From Trichoplax adhaerens (lineage: Eukaryota; Animalia; Placozoa), in the NCBI RefSeq assembly GCF_000150275.1, contig NW_002060946.1, forward strand, positions 1,326,202 through 1,390,201: 64,000 nucleotides of DNA, given 5' to 3'. A model generated the notes under the pieces. That model was not told where the DNA came from, did not search any database, and worked only from the letters and a program-made list of their open reading frames with translations. How positions within the stretch are numbered: the first letter of the stretch is position 1; the number at the start of each line of letters is the position of its first letter. Made by a program: the position numbers and the translations under genes. Below, piece by piece: positions 1 through 16,600 of the stretch.

Positions 1-15
1 ACACAGTTTGCATAC

Positions 16-2893
<2,878 letters not shown>

Positions 2894-3923
2894 TTTTTGG
2901 CTGCTAAGGTAGTTTTACCTAAAACTGTTTAGATCATATTAATAGACAATTAGTTGAAAAAAATAAATAATCATTCTCATCAGTTGGTATGCAATTCCAT
3001 TGGTTAAGAATGTTGCTTGTGACTTTACTGTCAATTTCAGCACGTTAACGCATTATCATACGACGCTTGAAGGATCGATATCAACGGCTACGAGCGATCA
3101 CTGCTTTGGGTTTGTTATTGTTTACATGGACAAGTAAAACATTCGCCGTTTTCAATTTGAAAAATATTGCAGCAGATCGATGATGGAAGCTTTCATTTGG
3201 ACATTATATCGATTTATATTGACTAGTCTCAACTACGTGTGATCATCATAGACTAGAAAATGTTCTCCTTTGTCCATCTATTCAGTTGGTGTAGGTGATA
3301 CTACACTAAAATCGCTCTTAATCCTTGTAATGGAGTAAAATGATTGGTTGGAATGATGAGAATCATCAAGAATGAATTAGCCAGTGCAATTGTATGATGT
3401 TATTATCGCTTTTTTTTGTTCAGTAGTCGCTGTTATTAATTATTGATCAATGTTATTGACTCGTCGTCTACGAGTCAATAATTTTCATGGACTACCAGTA
3501 AAGTACCAGTAGGTAATCTTGTAGTAGTCCATGATACTGTCGACTGTATTATTTGGTTATTGCATGACTTGCTATCGTTGATGTCGTAGTCGACTACAGT
3601 ATACTGTTCAAAATAGAGTCCAATTCTACGGTCGAGTTTAAGCTTGAATTAGTAGACTAGTATTGGATGTTTACTGTTTAGTGTCTTGGCTAGCAGATTT
3701 TGTTGAGTAGTAGAGTATATTGTTGAAAATAGTCAAGGACCAGTCGATAAGAGTTTGGAAATACCAGACTAGTGTTGAATGTTGACTGTTTAGCGTCTTG
3801 ACCAGTGGTCGTATAAATACAGCAGGTGGTCGACGTCAGCACTCAGCATGTGAGACATGCATGTCGTGATTTCAGATTGAGTACGCAAGTCACGGTATGA
3901 CGCCTTGCCGTCAATGCAACAAG

Positions 3924-3979
3924 CCCATGGGTAATGCTACAGTACAGTACTGTACTGTAGCAATGGAGTAGCCCATGGG
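3924..3979. repeat. 28-bp perfect palindrome of CAGTA/TACTG units flanked by two CCCATGGG copies
   Basis: TGCTACAGTACAGTACTGTACTGTAGCA (3935-3962) equals its own reverse complement. CCCATGGG lies at 3924-3931 and 3972-3979. Confidence 0.85.
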
Positions 3980-6820
3980 GGCTGTTGTTCCTGGTACGGT
4001 GTAGATGTACGCGATGCTCGTCTACTGTCTCACCTCTACCATTGGCAGTCACATGGAAACAAATGCAACCCTTTACACAGAACATTGCCCCCTGTATTTA
4101 GACGGCTTTGCCAACCATGGCTTCAACACGGCTTGTGTTGGATTTTAATATGTGTGGGGTAGGTCTGAGCCAGTTTGTTGTATATAGAATGGAAATGTTG
4201 TCAATACAATGTTGTAGGCGGCATTGAGAACGGTGGACTAGCATCAATATGAAACATAAATGACGGTATCATTGAAACTGTAAAGTGGAAACCATTGACT
4301 TAACCAATTTAGAATTTAAAATATACGATCCATCACTAGTCATCGTAATAGCTAGTAATTAGTCATTATCGATTTCTTTAAAGATGGAAGCGCATGGATT
4401 ATCAATCTTATTAGCCTTTCAAGTCGTTCTAAAATGACGATTGATTAATTCATTAGGCATTGTACCGTCCAATTAATCATTATAGGATTGTTAAATGGGT
4501 GCTATGACTGTGGACGCTTTAGTCAACTACTTTGACGACACATTGTCTAGTATTCTTATGCTGCGACATCAACTCAATTTCAATCAAATTAAACGCATCG
4601 ATTAAATGCTTGTAAAATAGTCTACACACATGGAAATAGCTTCTGTAGTCAATGAAAAACAGTGAAGAGTCGATTGCTAGAAAATTTGAATAAAGGATGA
4701 CGTAGAATAGCTAGTAGAGTGTGAAAAGTGAGTCCACCAGTAATAACGTAATAACTACTACAGCATGAGTCGTGCGAACTAGTAACTCCTACAATTTCGA
4801 TTTGAATTGCGTGTAGGATTGTGCTAAAGTGTACTACACTTTCTACCCAATTGACATTTTTAGCGCGTTATTACAGTATTAAAATAAAATAAAAAATAAT
4901 AACGCCAAATCAACTCGGAAGTACAAGTTCTTTCAAGAAGCGTTTGTAGTTAAAATTGCGGTGTCCTCCTATTTCCAAACTGTGCCTGAATTAGGACAAT
5001 TAAGTATGGGAACTACTCAATTACATACTGCATAACAAATTATCACGCCTATGATAAAGCATGTAGTACAGTACATCGACTGCCAATATCGATTTTTAAC
5101 GTTGTACGGGATTTTCACTACGTTATCGGCGGAACAGTATGAGCGAAAGCGTATACTATTTTACGTTCTATCTAGAGATAGATATACATATGGATATACA
5201 TCTACCATTAATTAATTATTAATACGTGATCATATTGTACTGTCTGTATGTAGGTTACATCATAAGTACGCGAACAAACGGTCGAACTTTTCTACAAGGG
5301 TACACTGTACAACTTTTGTCAATTAGGATAAGGAATAGGCGTAGAATTACAGTATATCAAAGCGTGGCGATTTGAATAGTGTGTCTAAAATACAAAAAAA
5401 TATTTTAAAATTAACGTATACAGGGTAGGATCACTTTAGCGTTTGCCTAGAATTACTGATAGTTTACTATTAGTCTTATTTGAAAACGGAGCCTCAAGCA
5501 AAATAATACCCTTAAGCTAGGAGTACGTGCTGTGCAGTGTATACTGCAATTTGGATGGACGATTGCCAATTTACAACAAAGTACAAGTGTGTCAGATTGA
5601 TATCGCTTTACAAGTTGAAGGAGAGGCAACCACCGTCTATCCTTAGATCCAAACGATGGATTCACTCCAATCTAGCGTAAAAGGACTAAGTCAACAGGAG
5701 GGTCGAAACAATATCAAGCGTTTCTCTACTCCATGCCAGCAGGGACCTATGCCCACATGGATACGTTGAAGGTAAAAAAAATTTGCTATTCATTCTCATG
5801 ACTGTAGATGACAGTTGTAGGATATCAGCGTTGGTGATTGATAACAAATTAATTAATCCATCTCTGTCTGAAATAATGGATCGAAACAGGGCTAGCATTG
5901 TCAAACCGTTTCAACGCAACAAAATGGACTACTGAACAGTAGTGAAATACCTTGAAAGAGTTCACAAGTGATGTTGTAAGGCACTTGATATCTTCGTTTT
6001 GCTCTCTTCTCGTATAATAACGATTCAAATCGTGATCTTGAAATACTCTTCTCGATGAGAATAACACAGTAAGCAATATTAAGCGTAACCTAACGGCAGG
6101 ACTAGAGAATTTCAATCTGTCAATGCAACCTACTGTGCAGTCAAACTGTTAAAATAGCTTCAACTAATGCGGTACTACCGCTGGGCATACACAGTCTAGT
6201 AATTCTGCGCGTCTGTGTGGCGTTGGTGAATTTTATACCGACGCAACTTGTACTGGTAGTGCTTTTCAATTACGCTTCAACCGTTGACGTTGAAGCGAGA
6301 CCTTGAGTGTATTTCTAGTCCTTGATGCCAGTGTCTTGGACTCCGTATAGATAGAGTCAATAGGCGTGGCATCAGCGTTGTCTAGCGTTGACCGTCCACG
6401 CTAGTGACCCCAGTCGGTTGTGTATGCTACAGGGTGCAGTATAACGCACTACCTTGTTGTCATTTATTACAACACGGGGGCTGAGTCATCAGCCCACTGT
6501 GATCTATCACTGGATGTTATTGACTCATTCGTCAACAGCGTCATCACTAGAGTGTCTATTAAAAAGTTCAAAGTGGGTCGATGGAAAGCGCGTTGCGGAT
6601 AGCAGCAACAACTTTCCATCACAAGCCTTGTTATGGCTATGATAACCAATAGAATGGATGGTCAAGAGATGCATCCTATGTAGTCAAAGTGAATGATAAA
6701 TAGAAATTTCAATTTCGTCAAGGGGTTGGTCGACAATCCCAACCGTCAAACTTCGATGTCATGGAAAAGATATTTTAAAAATAATATTTCAAAAAAATGA
6801 AATAGTGGAAAGAATGTCAT

Positions 6821-6845
6821 GGGCGGGGTAGAAGCGCATGCGCTT
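6821..6845. promoter_or_regulatory. GC box adjacent to an NRF1-type palindrome (candidate promoter element)
   Basis: GGGCGGGG at 6821-6828 and GCGCATGCGC at 6834-6843 (within AAGCGCATGCGCTT) in otherwise AT-rich DNA. Confidence 0.4.
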
Positions 6846-9800
6846 GTACACCCTTTCAATCCATTAAAAAATCCAATGATGAAATAGCCTTTGTAAAGCT
6901 CATCGGCTTCTTCTTTTGCAGATCAAGTCTTGAGTCAGTTTTCACCTGCAATTACCTTGGAGAGTATCCAATGGAGGATAAATCCTTGTTGATGTCACAA
7001 AACGTTGACTTAAGGCAATTTACACTTTCAAACAGTAGTCAATATACCAATATAGTACTAAGTTACAGATTGACTTTGCCAGCTCATTATTCTACACTGC
7101 ATCTTTCCCGCATGACTACATCACTGTATTTCATGATCAATTAGACTCCTTTTTTTATTCCTTTTATCAACTTATACAGTAAAATAAATCTCATACAATG
7201 ATGACAAAGAATTGGCTGTCATTTCGGCTTTACAAACGATCCTTACTATATTTGTGCCATTTTTTTAATGGTAACACCAATTATGTCATGCGAGCTACCT
7301 CATTTCTTAAAAGACGAATAAAAATGAAATCCATTAATCAACATAATAGGTCATATTATACCCTAGAATCAGAAATCGTCGATAAGAACCATTTTATTAG
7401 GGCTTTAAGTTATAAATTCTATCGATATCTTTAAAAAGTATTACCATTTGAGGGGTTAGATATACATTAAGTTAGCTTCGTTTCTCAATTCTAGGTGGAG
7501 ATATTCACTCAGATCATTATAAATTGATAATGCAGTTATAATTAGTTTTCGAAAATCATAGAAATAGAATTAAAATATTGACATAGATAATCCTTCAGTA
7601 ACCGTAATCAATGCAGAATTGGAGCTATACTGTAATAGATACTAAAGGGAGATAGAAAATATAAATGGATAAATCAAAAATGGTGGTGCTATCGATAATA
7701 ATATATAATTCGTCAACTATTTATACTGGAAGATCAACTGGATGTACACTAACACTCATAGTCGTAAAGTACATCATACTCTGACAATACACTATCTCCT
7801 GCTTGATTGCACTTTCTTGTTTTTTCGTGCACGCGATTGCTGGGACATTGTTTCGTCTATCTTAACAATACCCACAATAAGCATTCTTTTTCTTTCTTGT
7901 GCAGGCAATTTATCGTGACCGTAGAATTTTAACGTATCAGCACGAAGGAGAACAAATATTTTTACTTCCTGTGGCAAATATCTGAAGTTGAATTAGTAAT
8001 CCATTGTGCGAATGCGCTTACGTAATGCAATTTTTTAAAATTATTCGTTGTCAAGTCGGGTCAAAATGTATCACTGCAGTACACAGATGTTAGTTCATTT
8101 CTTATCTACTGTCAATACGACGACCGGTTACTATTTTCAATTTATAGCAACCAATCAATAATATTATCTGTATACAATCCCTTTTATTTATAATTAATAA
8201 CATTCGTTTCTAAATTTATACGTTAGTGTTAACTCAATCAGCTGTTATTCTTTTACATATCGTAGCCATTAAGGGAATGAGTAAAGGAGTAAATTAGTAA
8301 TATGGCCATATAATACTGTACACTAATTTTGAAATGATAGACCGATGACGCATCGATAACGTCATTCTGGCAAGCATATGGCGAAACAACCTTTCCCATA
8401 GTGTACTACTATACAAGTGCCTATTGAATTAGTCGGTTGTGGGTTGAAAATAGTCGTTGTACATTGCTTTGGTATAACTTACTAGTTTCATGTTAGGTTT
8501 GATTGATTTTAGTGCTAGGTTAGGTTAGAGTGAACATTTAATCATTGCGAATAACAATCGGCAATAGATCCATATTCCCCAGAGTAACCATAAGTTTCTG
8601 ATCATCTTTCAACATTTTTGTACGGCATGAATAGTTACTATGGTATGCATCCAACATCCATTGTACAAACACGCTTGCCATATGCTAATTTCGATCCCGA
8701 TGTTGGCACAAACAATAGCCAACTGCATCATAGATCATTCAAGAATAGAATAGAAGTTGTTGGAGAATTTTCAACAATCAAGATGCCACGCAATGGGCAT
8801 CCCTCTTTATTTGATTTATTTATTGTGATGAGTTATACTGTTAGCGTCGGAGTAAATCTTGGCTGTCAATCATGGAATCAAACAAGGATCAAATTTAGAT
8901 CCAACTTGTAGCCAACTGGTTGAAACCACTTCAGCCTACAGCTAGAACATGCTCCAATTGGCCGCACCTACATCACTAACAGTATTAATATCATCAACAA
9001 TATCCATTCTAGTCTAAATCATCATGACGAACAACGAGTAATAGTTAGAATACAATAATGCTAAATAACTACTTCGTTCATGGAAAGAACTTCATGACCA
9101 AGTATTAAGCAATACAATAATATAAAACTACAAATCCAATGCTATGTAAACTTTCTAAAATTGACAATCTGATCATTATTTCATACAGGAACGACGATAA
9201 TAGCATCTTAACGAACTAATTACTATCAATCCAAAAAAGAAGAAATAGCAAATAAAATACATGTGAATCATGATGTTTTATACTATAACTATAATAATAT
9301 TAAAGGTCCTAATATTATACAACGCTTCCCATCGTCATTGATGATATTTTAGCAATAGATAAAGGGATAAAGCAAACAAATAGCGTATCAAAACAATTAC
9401 CCTTTCACATAGTTGGCATCCAAAAGATACATCGATTTTTCGGCAACGCTTGAAATATAGACATCTTTCATAGTATGATCACAAAATAGCATCATTTACA
9501 ATAGCAAAAAATAAACATTGACTTAGTTGTAGAGAACGCTAAACTACAGTAATTCTTGGACGAAGCTCAGTTTGAATGTAAAGTAAATTTGTTTAGGAAA
9601 TGGTTTCCTAGCAATTTAATGATAAGAAGTAAAAATAAACTCTTTTTCCAATAGAATTATTCCAATGCAGTGACCTTTCTACTAATTTTAATCGACATTG
9701 ATTTAAATTCTACTATACTGTAGCTTAATGTCATAAAATGCAAATAATTTCCAATCAGGAAATTAATTGTTTATGATAAAAAATGAAGCTACTGTATATC

Positions 9801-10496
9801 ATGAAAGTAAATAAATTACATTAAGCAATGCTATACGTATTATATCGATCATAACTCAATTATAAAATAATAATGCTAGAATGATAATGCGCGTAGGGTT
9901 GAACAAGTGCATTAAGGAGGTATATTTTTGGTATGGGATGACTCTTTTGTAAACCAAGTGTAGAACTTCATGATTACTCGGTGAAGTAATTGATTGTAAC
10001 ACAGATATCCGCTGTAGTATACTAAAAGTAAATCAAAAATTATTTTTTGGGTAGCCCTAACTGCGAGTATTCTACTTCTTTTTAGCAGTCTTTAACTGTG
10101 GCAGAGTTTACCATTTCTACTGCATACCGAAAGTAACAATCATACTTGCTGAAATTCTCTATTTTCTTTTTCAAATACTTACCATATATACTACCACAGG
10201 ATATTATTATATCACACACCGAAAGCTAACTTAAGAATATCTATTCAATATAGACGAGCAAATTATAACATTAGACGCAATTTCAGGATCGAAAACAATG
10301 CTCTTAAATAGAGAAAAATAGTTCATTTATTTCAGTATTTGATAGTTAAAAATTTATCACGTGTTTACTGTTTACAATACAGTGAAGTCATTGATATACT
10401 ATGATTAACGTACGAATATACTCAAATTTGTGCATCGCTTAGTTTAAGATAATCGAAATGCTTTGATGGCGTGATAATGAGCGCACTTTAAAGGAA

Positions 10497-10502
10497 TTTA
10501 TT
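10497..10502 (-). terminator. Candidate polyadenylation signal of WASHC4
   Basis: TTTATT on + (AATAAA on -), about 120 nt downstream of the WASHC4 stop codon. Confidence 0.45.
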
Positions 10503-10621
10503 GCAAGATGATGATCTTTTCACATGTATAAACAACGGAATTTAAAAATACTATCTACTATCTACAACATTGGAACGATTTATATTTCGTATATAGGACA
10601 TCATCACAAAAATGTCAACAC

Positions 10622-13600
10622 CTATTCTAGAGCTGTTACATTCGAAGCAAGATCTGACGGATCAATAGTGCTTTCTGTATCAGAAACTTTAGAATCCTTA
10701 ATTTCCTTTTCAGTTATTACTTTCTCTGCACGGAAAAAGATTCTTGCACTGTTAAGTGAGTAATTTAGCAAAGTAAATTCCTATTGATAACAAAAAAAAT
10801 AAGTTCTTTAGTTTTAATCATATAGTGTTGTTAGCAGTAAGTAAATATGGTAAGGTTATGTAATAGCTAAATGTATCTACCATAGAGTAAGTTTCTAATC
10901 GTTTAAGGGTCAAATTCATTGTCTGCTGTAGTTTTTCATCATCTCTTCCACGTTGTCTCGACCTTCGAATTTCGTCCTGGAAAAATAACATTCATAAGTG
11001 ACAGAATTTTCAATACATATTTAGTGTTGAACACCGGCTTTAATCGGTGTATAAAGTTTAAGTTAAGAAACAGCTTAAATTACATTTTACAACATGTACA
11101 TGACATACCTTCTCTTTCATAAACCTTCCTTTAACGGATCGAAACCAATGTAGAGAGTCAAATGCACGGTGTTGATCCAGTAGTTTTAAGATGTAGGCTA
11201 CCCCTGTAAATGCATACATTTGGACGTATTTTAACTTAGAATAACGGTATAGGCTTATTTTCGGCAACTGAGTTGTATCAAACAACAAGTAACGGGAAGA
11301 AACTGTCAACTTGTATGCAAGTGAAAAATTTAAAGGATTATCCTTGCTGTTACAAGCATTACTTTTTACAATATTTTGCAAAACCTTAAAATCTTGAATA
11401 TGGTATACTTTTTAATACTTTTATTTACAAAAATATTACTTGCTAATCGCAATCTTAATTTTTGACTTCACTAATTGTGGTATTCATTACTTAAAATGTC
11501 ATCATTTAACCAATGTCATAGTTCATAACGGAAAACTAAGTATAAGTACTATTATAAAGAAAACCAAATGAATGCTCAAATTTTTTATACCGTATACAGC
11601 TATTCAATTTTTCCATACATATAGAAACATAATATATCGAAGTGAGCTTTTAATCTATAGTTATGATAAAGAGAGTATTTACCCATAGCAAAACCGTCAT
11701 CCGTAAATCCAGCGCCGACTTTATTTTTTCTATTTAATTTCTCTTTGGCTGAAATCATGTGCTCCACGTAGTTGATTGTCTGGTAATGATTTAATTTATT
11801 AACTACAACTATGAATACGTACGCAAATATCACAAATCTAACAAAATTACTAACCATTGGAGGTATGATTGCATAGAAATTACTTAAGTGCTTATTTTTA
11901 GGATCCCTAAATTCCGGCGCATAGACGTCAACTAGCATCTATTACGTAAGATAAATATCGTGATATTTTGATTTTAATTATGCCGTTAAACTAATGCGTT
12001 TATTCGTACCAAAAACGGTCCAGTACCTTAAAATACTCAGTACCCTCAGTGAAATTTTTAACCAAGTTACTTATAACACCATCCAAGTTAGTAGCAGCCT
12101 TTTTGGTATCCTCCGATAAATTCTCAGCATCAACGTATTCGAGAAAACTTGGCATTTCCTCCAAATCCGGAATGAATCTTCGCAGATTTATGATACATAA
12201 CTTATTATCATGATAGTATTCACTATCGCACAAATTTAACATACATAACATCAATCAATCAATATACCGAATAGCATTGCCACAACAATGTAAACCCCCT
12301 GAACGAATCATTCGTATATAACCCATGGCATTTCCTATAGTAATAGTTAAAGACAGATATCGTTAATATAATACTTCAATAAGCAATGTGAGGTAATAAT
12401 TATTTCGATCATTATACAGTCAAGGTTAATCTATAATACACTAATAGCTTTTTCATACCAATTTGACTTATTAAATTTCTAAACTGATCCAAGTAGCTCT
12501 GGCCATCCGATGATAACCCAAGCTTTCGTATGCCTTTATTAAATTTTTCTGCTCTTTCATAAGGATACTGTCAAAAGAAAATTAGCAACCACTTTATTCC
12601 TAACAGTACTAAATTATAATTTAGTCTACAGGATCTTAATATGAGCTAGCATGAAAAAGTTCTTACCCTATAATCCAGGTCTACTTTATTCTCCTTATAG
12701 TATCGAATATCCTATAGCAGATATTAGTGTACAAAAATTTTCTCTGGTAAGATATCATAATAAGGGACAGCACAAATAGAAAAATGTCGTACTATTACGT
12801 GCTGCCGTGCATACCTTAATAAGTCTAGCCTTTATATGTTCATCATATAAAAATTGTGAAAAAATGAAAAACTTCTTTCGTAATAGTTGATATGTATAGT
12901 TGACCTACAGTATAACAAAATCAACGATTAATGATAAAATCTTTAAGCTTCATCAACTTCCTCAAGAGATAAAATTTATGTATTATATTTTATCTCATTT
13001 TTCTATTTTGATCTACTAAATTTAATTCAATCAACAAAATTTATGAAGACTTTTGTGTATAGAAACGACAGTAAAAACAAAATCCCGTCAAGGCATCCAA
13101 ACTTTAAATTATAATTAGAGACTAAAATGATTGCTTACAGCAGTATTCATGATTCCGATCCCATGAGTACGGATCGAATTGGAGATGTGATCGATATTAA
13201 TTGTATTAAGGTGCTTGCTATTTGATGATCGTTCAACAAATACTTGGTTATTCAAATTGTACACATAGTGTGTAACGAAAATATGAAGATTTCTCATGAT
13301 TTCAAGTACATCTAGGCCCTTTTAAAGTTAAGAATTCATCGATAAAATGAAACTCTATCCATTAACGTTAATTGCATATCGCAAAGGTTGCACAAATGAT
13401 AATTTGATTACCTGTTCTAATGTCTGACTTGGCAAATGGGCTTCAGCCATAATCAAACCATATTTCTGACCAGCAAGAGTCCTCATCTCACCGTACGTCT
13501 TCCAATCGTGTAAAGCTACCGTAGTAAGATTATAGAATGTCTCTTCTAGATAGTTGGTTATGTGCTCTACAACAAATCGGATTGTATCGGTTAAATTACA

Positions 13601-16600
13601 TGTAGCTAATTCTATCTATTATATACGTATATTAGATAGAAAAGTGTCAATCTTATACCTTTTAGATTTATGAAATTATCAAAGAATCGAATAGGGCGAC
13701 ATTTCATAAAATGAGAGAGATCTCTTAAGCCAACCTGTACGATAGAATAAGTATCACATTCTATAAGAACACAGGCTTACACAGCGATTTCTTAGCAAAA
13801 GTCTTTGCTCTAAGTGTAAAACCTTGAAAGGATTTCTATCGTCTAATTTCAAGTGTGAATGAATATGCAACCGAAGATCGGTCTCAACTTCGCAGCAGAG
13901 CGGCTGCAAGAGGTGCTAATAACATGTGAAGATTGTACGAAAATGAGTTGAATTTTCATTAATATGATCGATATAAAACAGCAGCACAAACATTACACCT
14001 ACCTCTTTGATTTCGCTCATAACATTTTCCTGAAAGGCCTTCAACATTTTACCTTTATTTAACTCATGTTTAGCTTTGCGAAGCATTGGTACACAATCAC
14101 GAACAGCTCCAAGCATGTACTAATTTAAAATCAGAAAATTAGTTAAAATTCAGTACAAAAGTGCATTAAGACGGTTGCTTACGTGAATCCTGTGACATTC
14201 TGCAGGATTTTCAAACAAGTCTTGTAAATATACTGGAAAGACAACCTAAAATAAATAGCATTTATTAGAAATAATCCTGTAGCATGCATAGTTTTGGAAG
14301 ATAAGTAAGCATTAGTCATTTTAATTTAAAGTTCATTCATACATTATGCCAGTATACAAAGCTGCAATCACACGCTTCCTTTATCCTATAATTTCATGTA
14401 CGAAAAACAAATCCAAATCAGCTTCTACACGGAAAAAATCCTATTTATGTATGAATGGTATTAATTACGCTGCTACATGATAACTTGCCTATGACCCAAA
14501 TTCGCCAATGTGTCCAATGCTTTAGTCAATCCAATTATGAATGATAACTCATCATCTTTAAAGCAACGCTAAGCGAATCAAAAGTTAGATATTCAGAATA
14601 CAGTTAAAATCTCAAGAGTGTATATTACTAATCAGGAAGAATGCATACCATCTGTAAAGCCACACAAATAGCTAAGCGACAAATCAATATTCTCTCTTTT
14701 GTTCCTACAATACAATAGAGTTTTGTAGCTTGACGCATTCGCTAAATAAAACTTAAATTTATTCTGTAGCCTTACACTAATAAATAATAATTTGAGATAA
14801 AACGAAGACAAACCTGGACCATTTAAAGCATTCTGAGCTAAAATTAAAGCTGACAGGACGTCCTATCCACATATTGTAATGATATGTTAAGATATTATCT
14901 TCCTACTATGCTATAGTAAGATAAATTAAAAAGAAGAATGCTCACCAATCTAGCTTCTGTGTATTTTTTGTCGGACCTTAAACGCTTCTAAAAGAACATA
15001 AGAATAATATTAGAATCACATACAGATGATAACGACAAAAGATATTTAATACTGTACATACCTTAGACTTTTCAATCGCCTTTAACAAGAAATATACGAC
15101 AAACTGAATAACAACATTAATTGATTCAGCTATAACAACAGAGCGTCGGTGAAAAGTGTGATCGATTGCCTACAAGAATATTACATATCTTTCATGAAGT
15201 CAATCCTGATAAAAATTCAGAAATCATGCTATCCACCTACCTTTAGCATTTCTACCACTCTACAAATCGATAATACCGAACTTTTAGACATTGGCTTACC
15301 AAGAACAATATGCATGTTCAAAACAGCACGTACTAATAAACTTAGTTTATTAGCGAATGTAACGCCCTAAACAATAGTTTAAAAGCCAAATATTAATTTT
15401 TATGCAAATGCTATAATTGATACACCTCCTAAATCGAAGATCGCTTGATGTAAAAACGGAACCTGAACTAGCAACTTGTATCTTCGATTGAGGTCAGCAG
15501 ACGTTTCCTTGTCTCGGCTAAGTAGTTCTGATTCCATTTGGACCATCCAGGTACTAACTAGCAAATGGTACTGTTGTACGTCCCTACAATAATGCAATTA
15601 TTTATTCGATCAATCTTTGAAAGACTATGAAGATTAGATTTAATTTTCTAATGAATTACGCCTCATAATAGAACTGACCTAGATAAAGATTGACTAGCAC
15701 TAGTTAGATAAGACGATTTCGCTGCATTCGCCATTGTGATTAATTTTCTGTCGAGATTCTTACTATTAGAAGCAGGTGGCCAATGATTAATTATAAAATC
15801 TGATATAAACCAAACAATGTTGCCAACAACATGGACTCCTGGAATCTGTAAAATACAGATAATAAATTAAATGATCGTTTCTATACATTCTTAAAATAAG
15901 TGTTATTTACGGCAGCAATTACATAAATTCGCATAACACTGAAATAATATTTACAATACCTTCTTTGCATATTCTAATATTGACTTGACCATTTTTTTTT
16001 CCACCAGATTAAAAACATGATAATGCAATACTAACAATCCACATATACCGATGATATTATCGCGTTGATCAATTTCTTCTGCAGCTGCAGTACATAAAAG
16101 AGTCATTAATTAAATAGTAAAGTTATATTTGTAAGGTTGACTTGAGAATGTGATATTTGAATGCAAAATTTACCGTTCGACTGTTCAGTACGCTTAAAAT
16201 AGGATAATAAGTTTGCTCGAAACTCCTCTTCAAATGCACCGTTTCGGGTAACGCTCACGAACCCATCATCAAATGCTCGAGTTACACAGGACTAGGTTTT
16301 AAATGCGAAATAAATTAATTCCTCGAAAGTTATTATAATAACATATATAGCTGCATAACTACCGCCAAAGGATAATTAACCATACCTTAAATATGACACC
16401 ATTAAAGACTTTTCCATCTATCCTATTAACTAATTTATCTAGCTGTCGAAGTTTAGCAGAATCGATATCATAACGTTGTGGGTCAGCCAGGGCAGATTTG
16501 ATCATTCTACGCTCGAATAATATTGTTTGTGAAAAAAAAAGAATTATTAAACGATCTATACTGAGGTGTTAATAGCGGTTAATCAACGAGATATGACGAT

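Noticed and set aside
5453-8911. Short ORFs between MAGI and WASHC4
   Set aside because: No recognisable domains, mutually overlapping, and no coherent exon chain; treated as chance ORFs.
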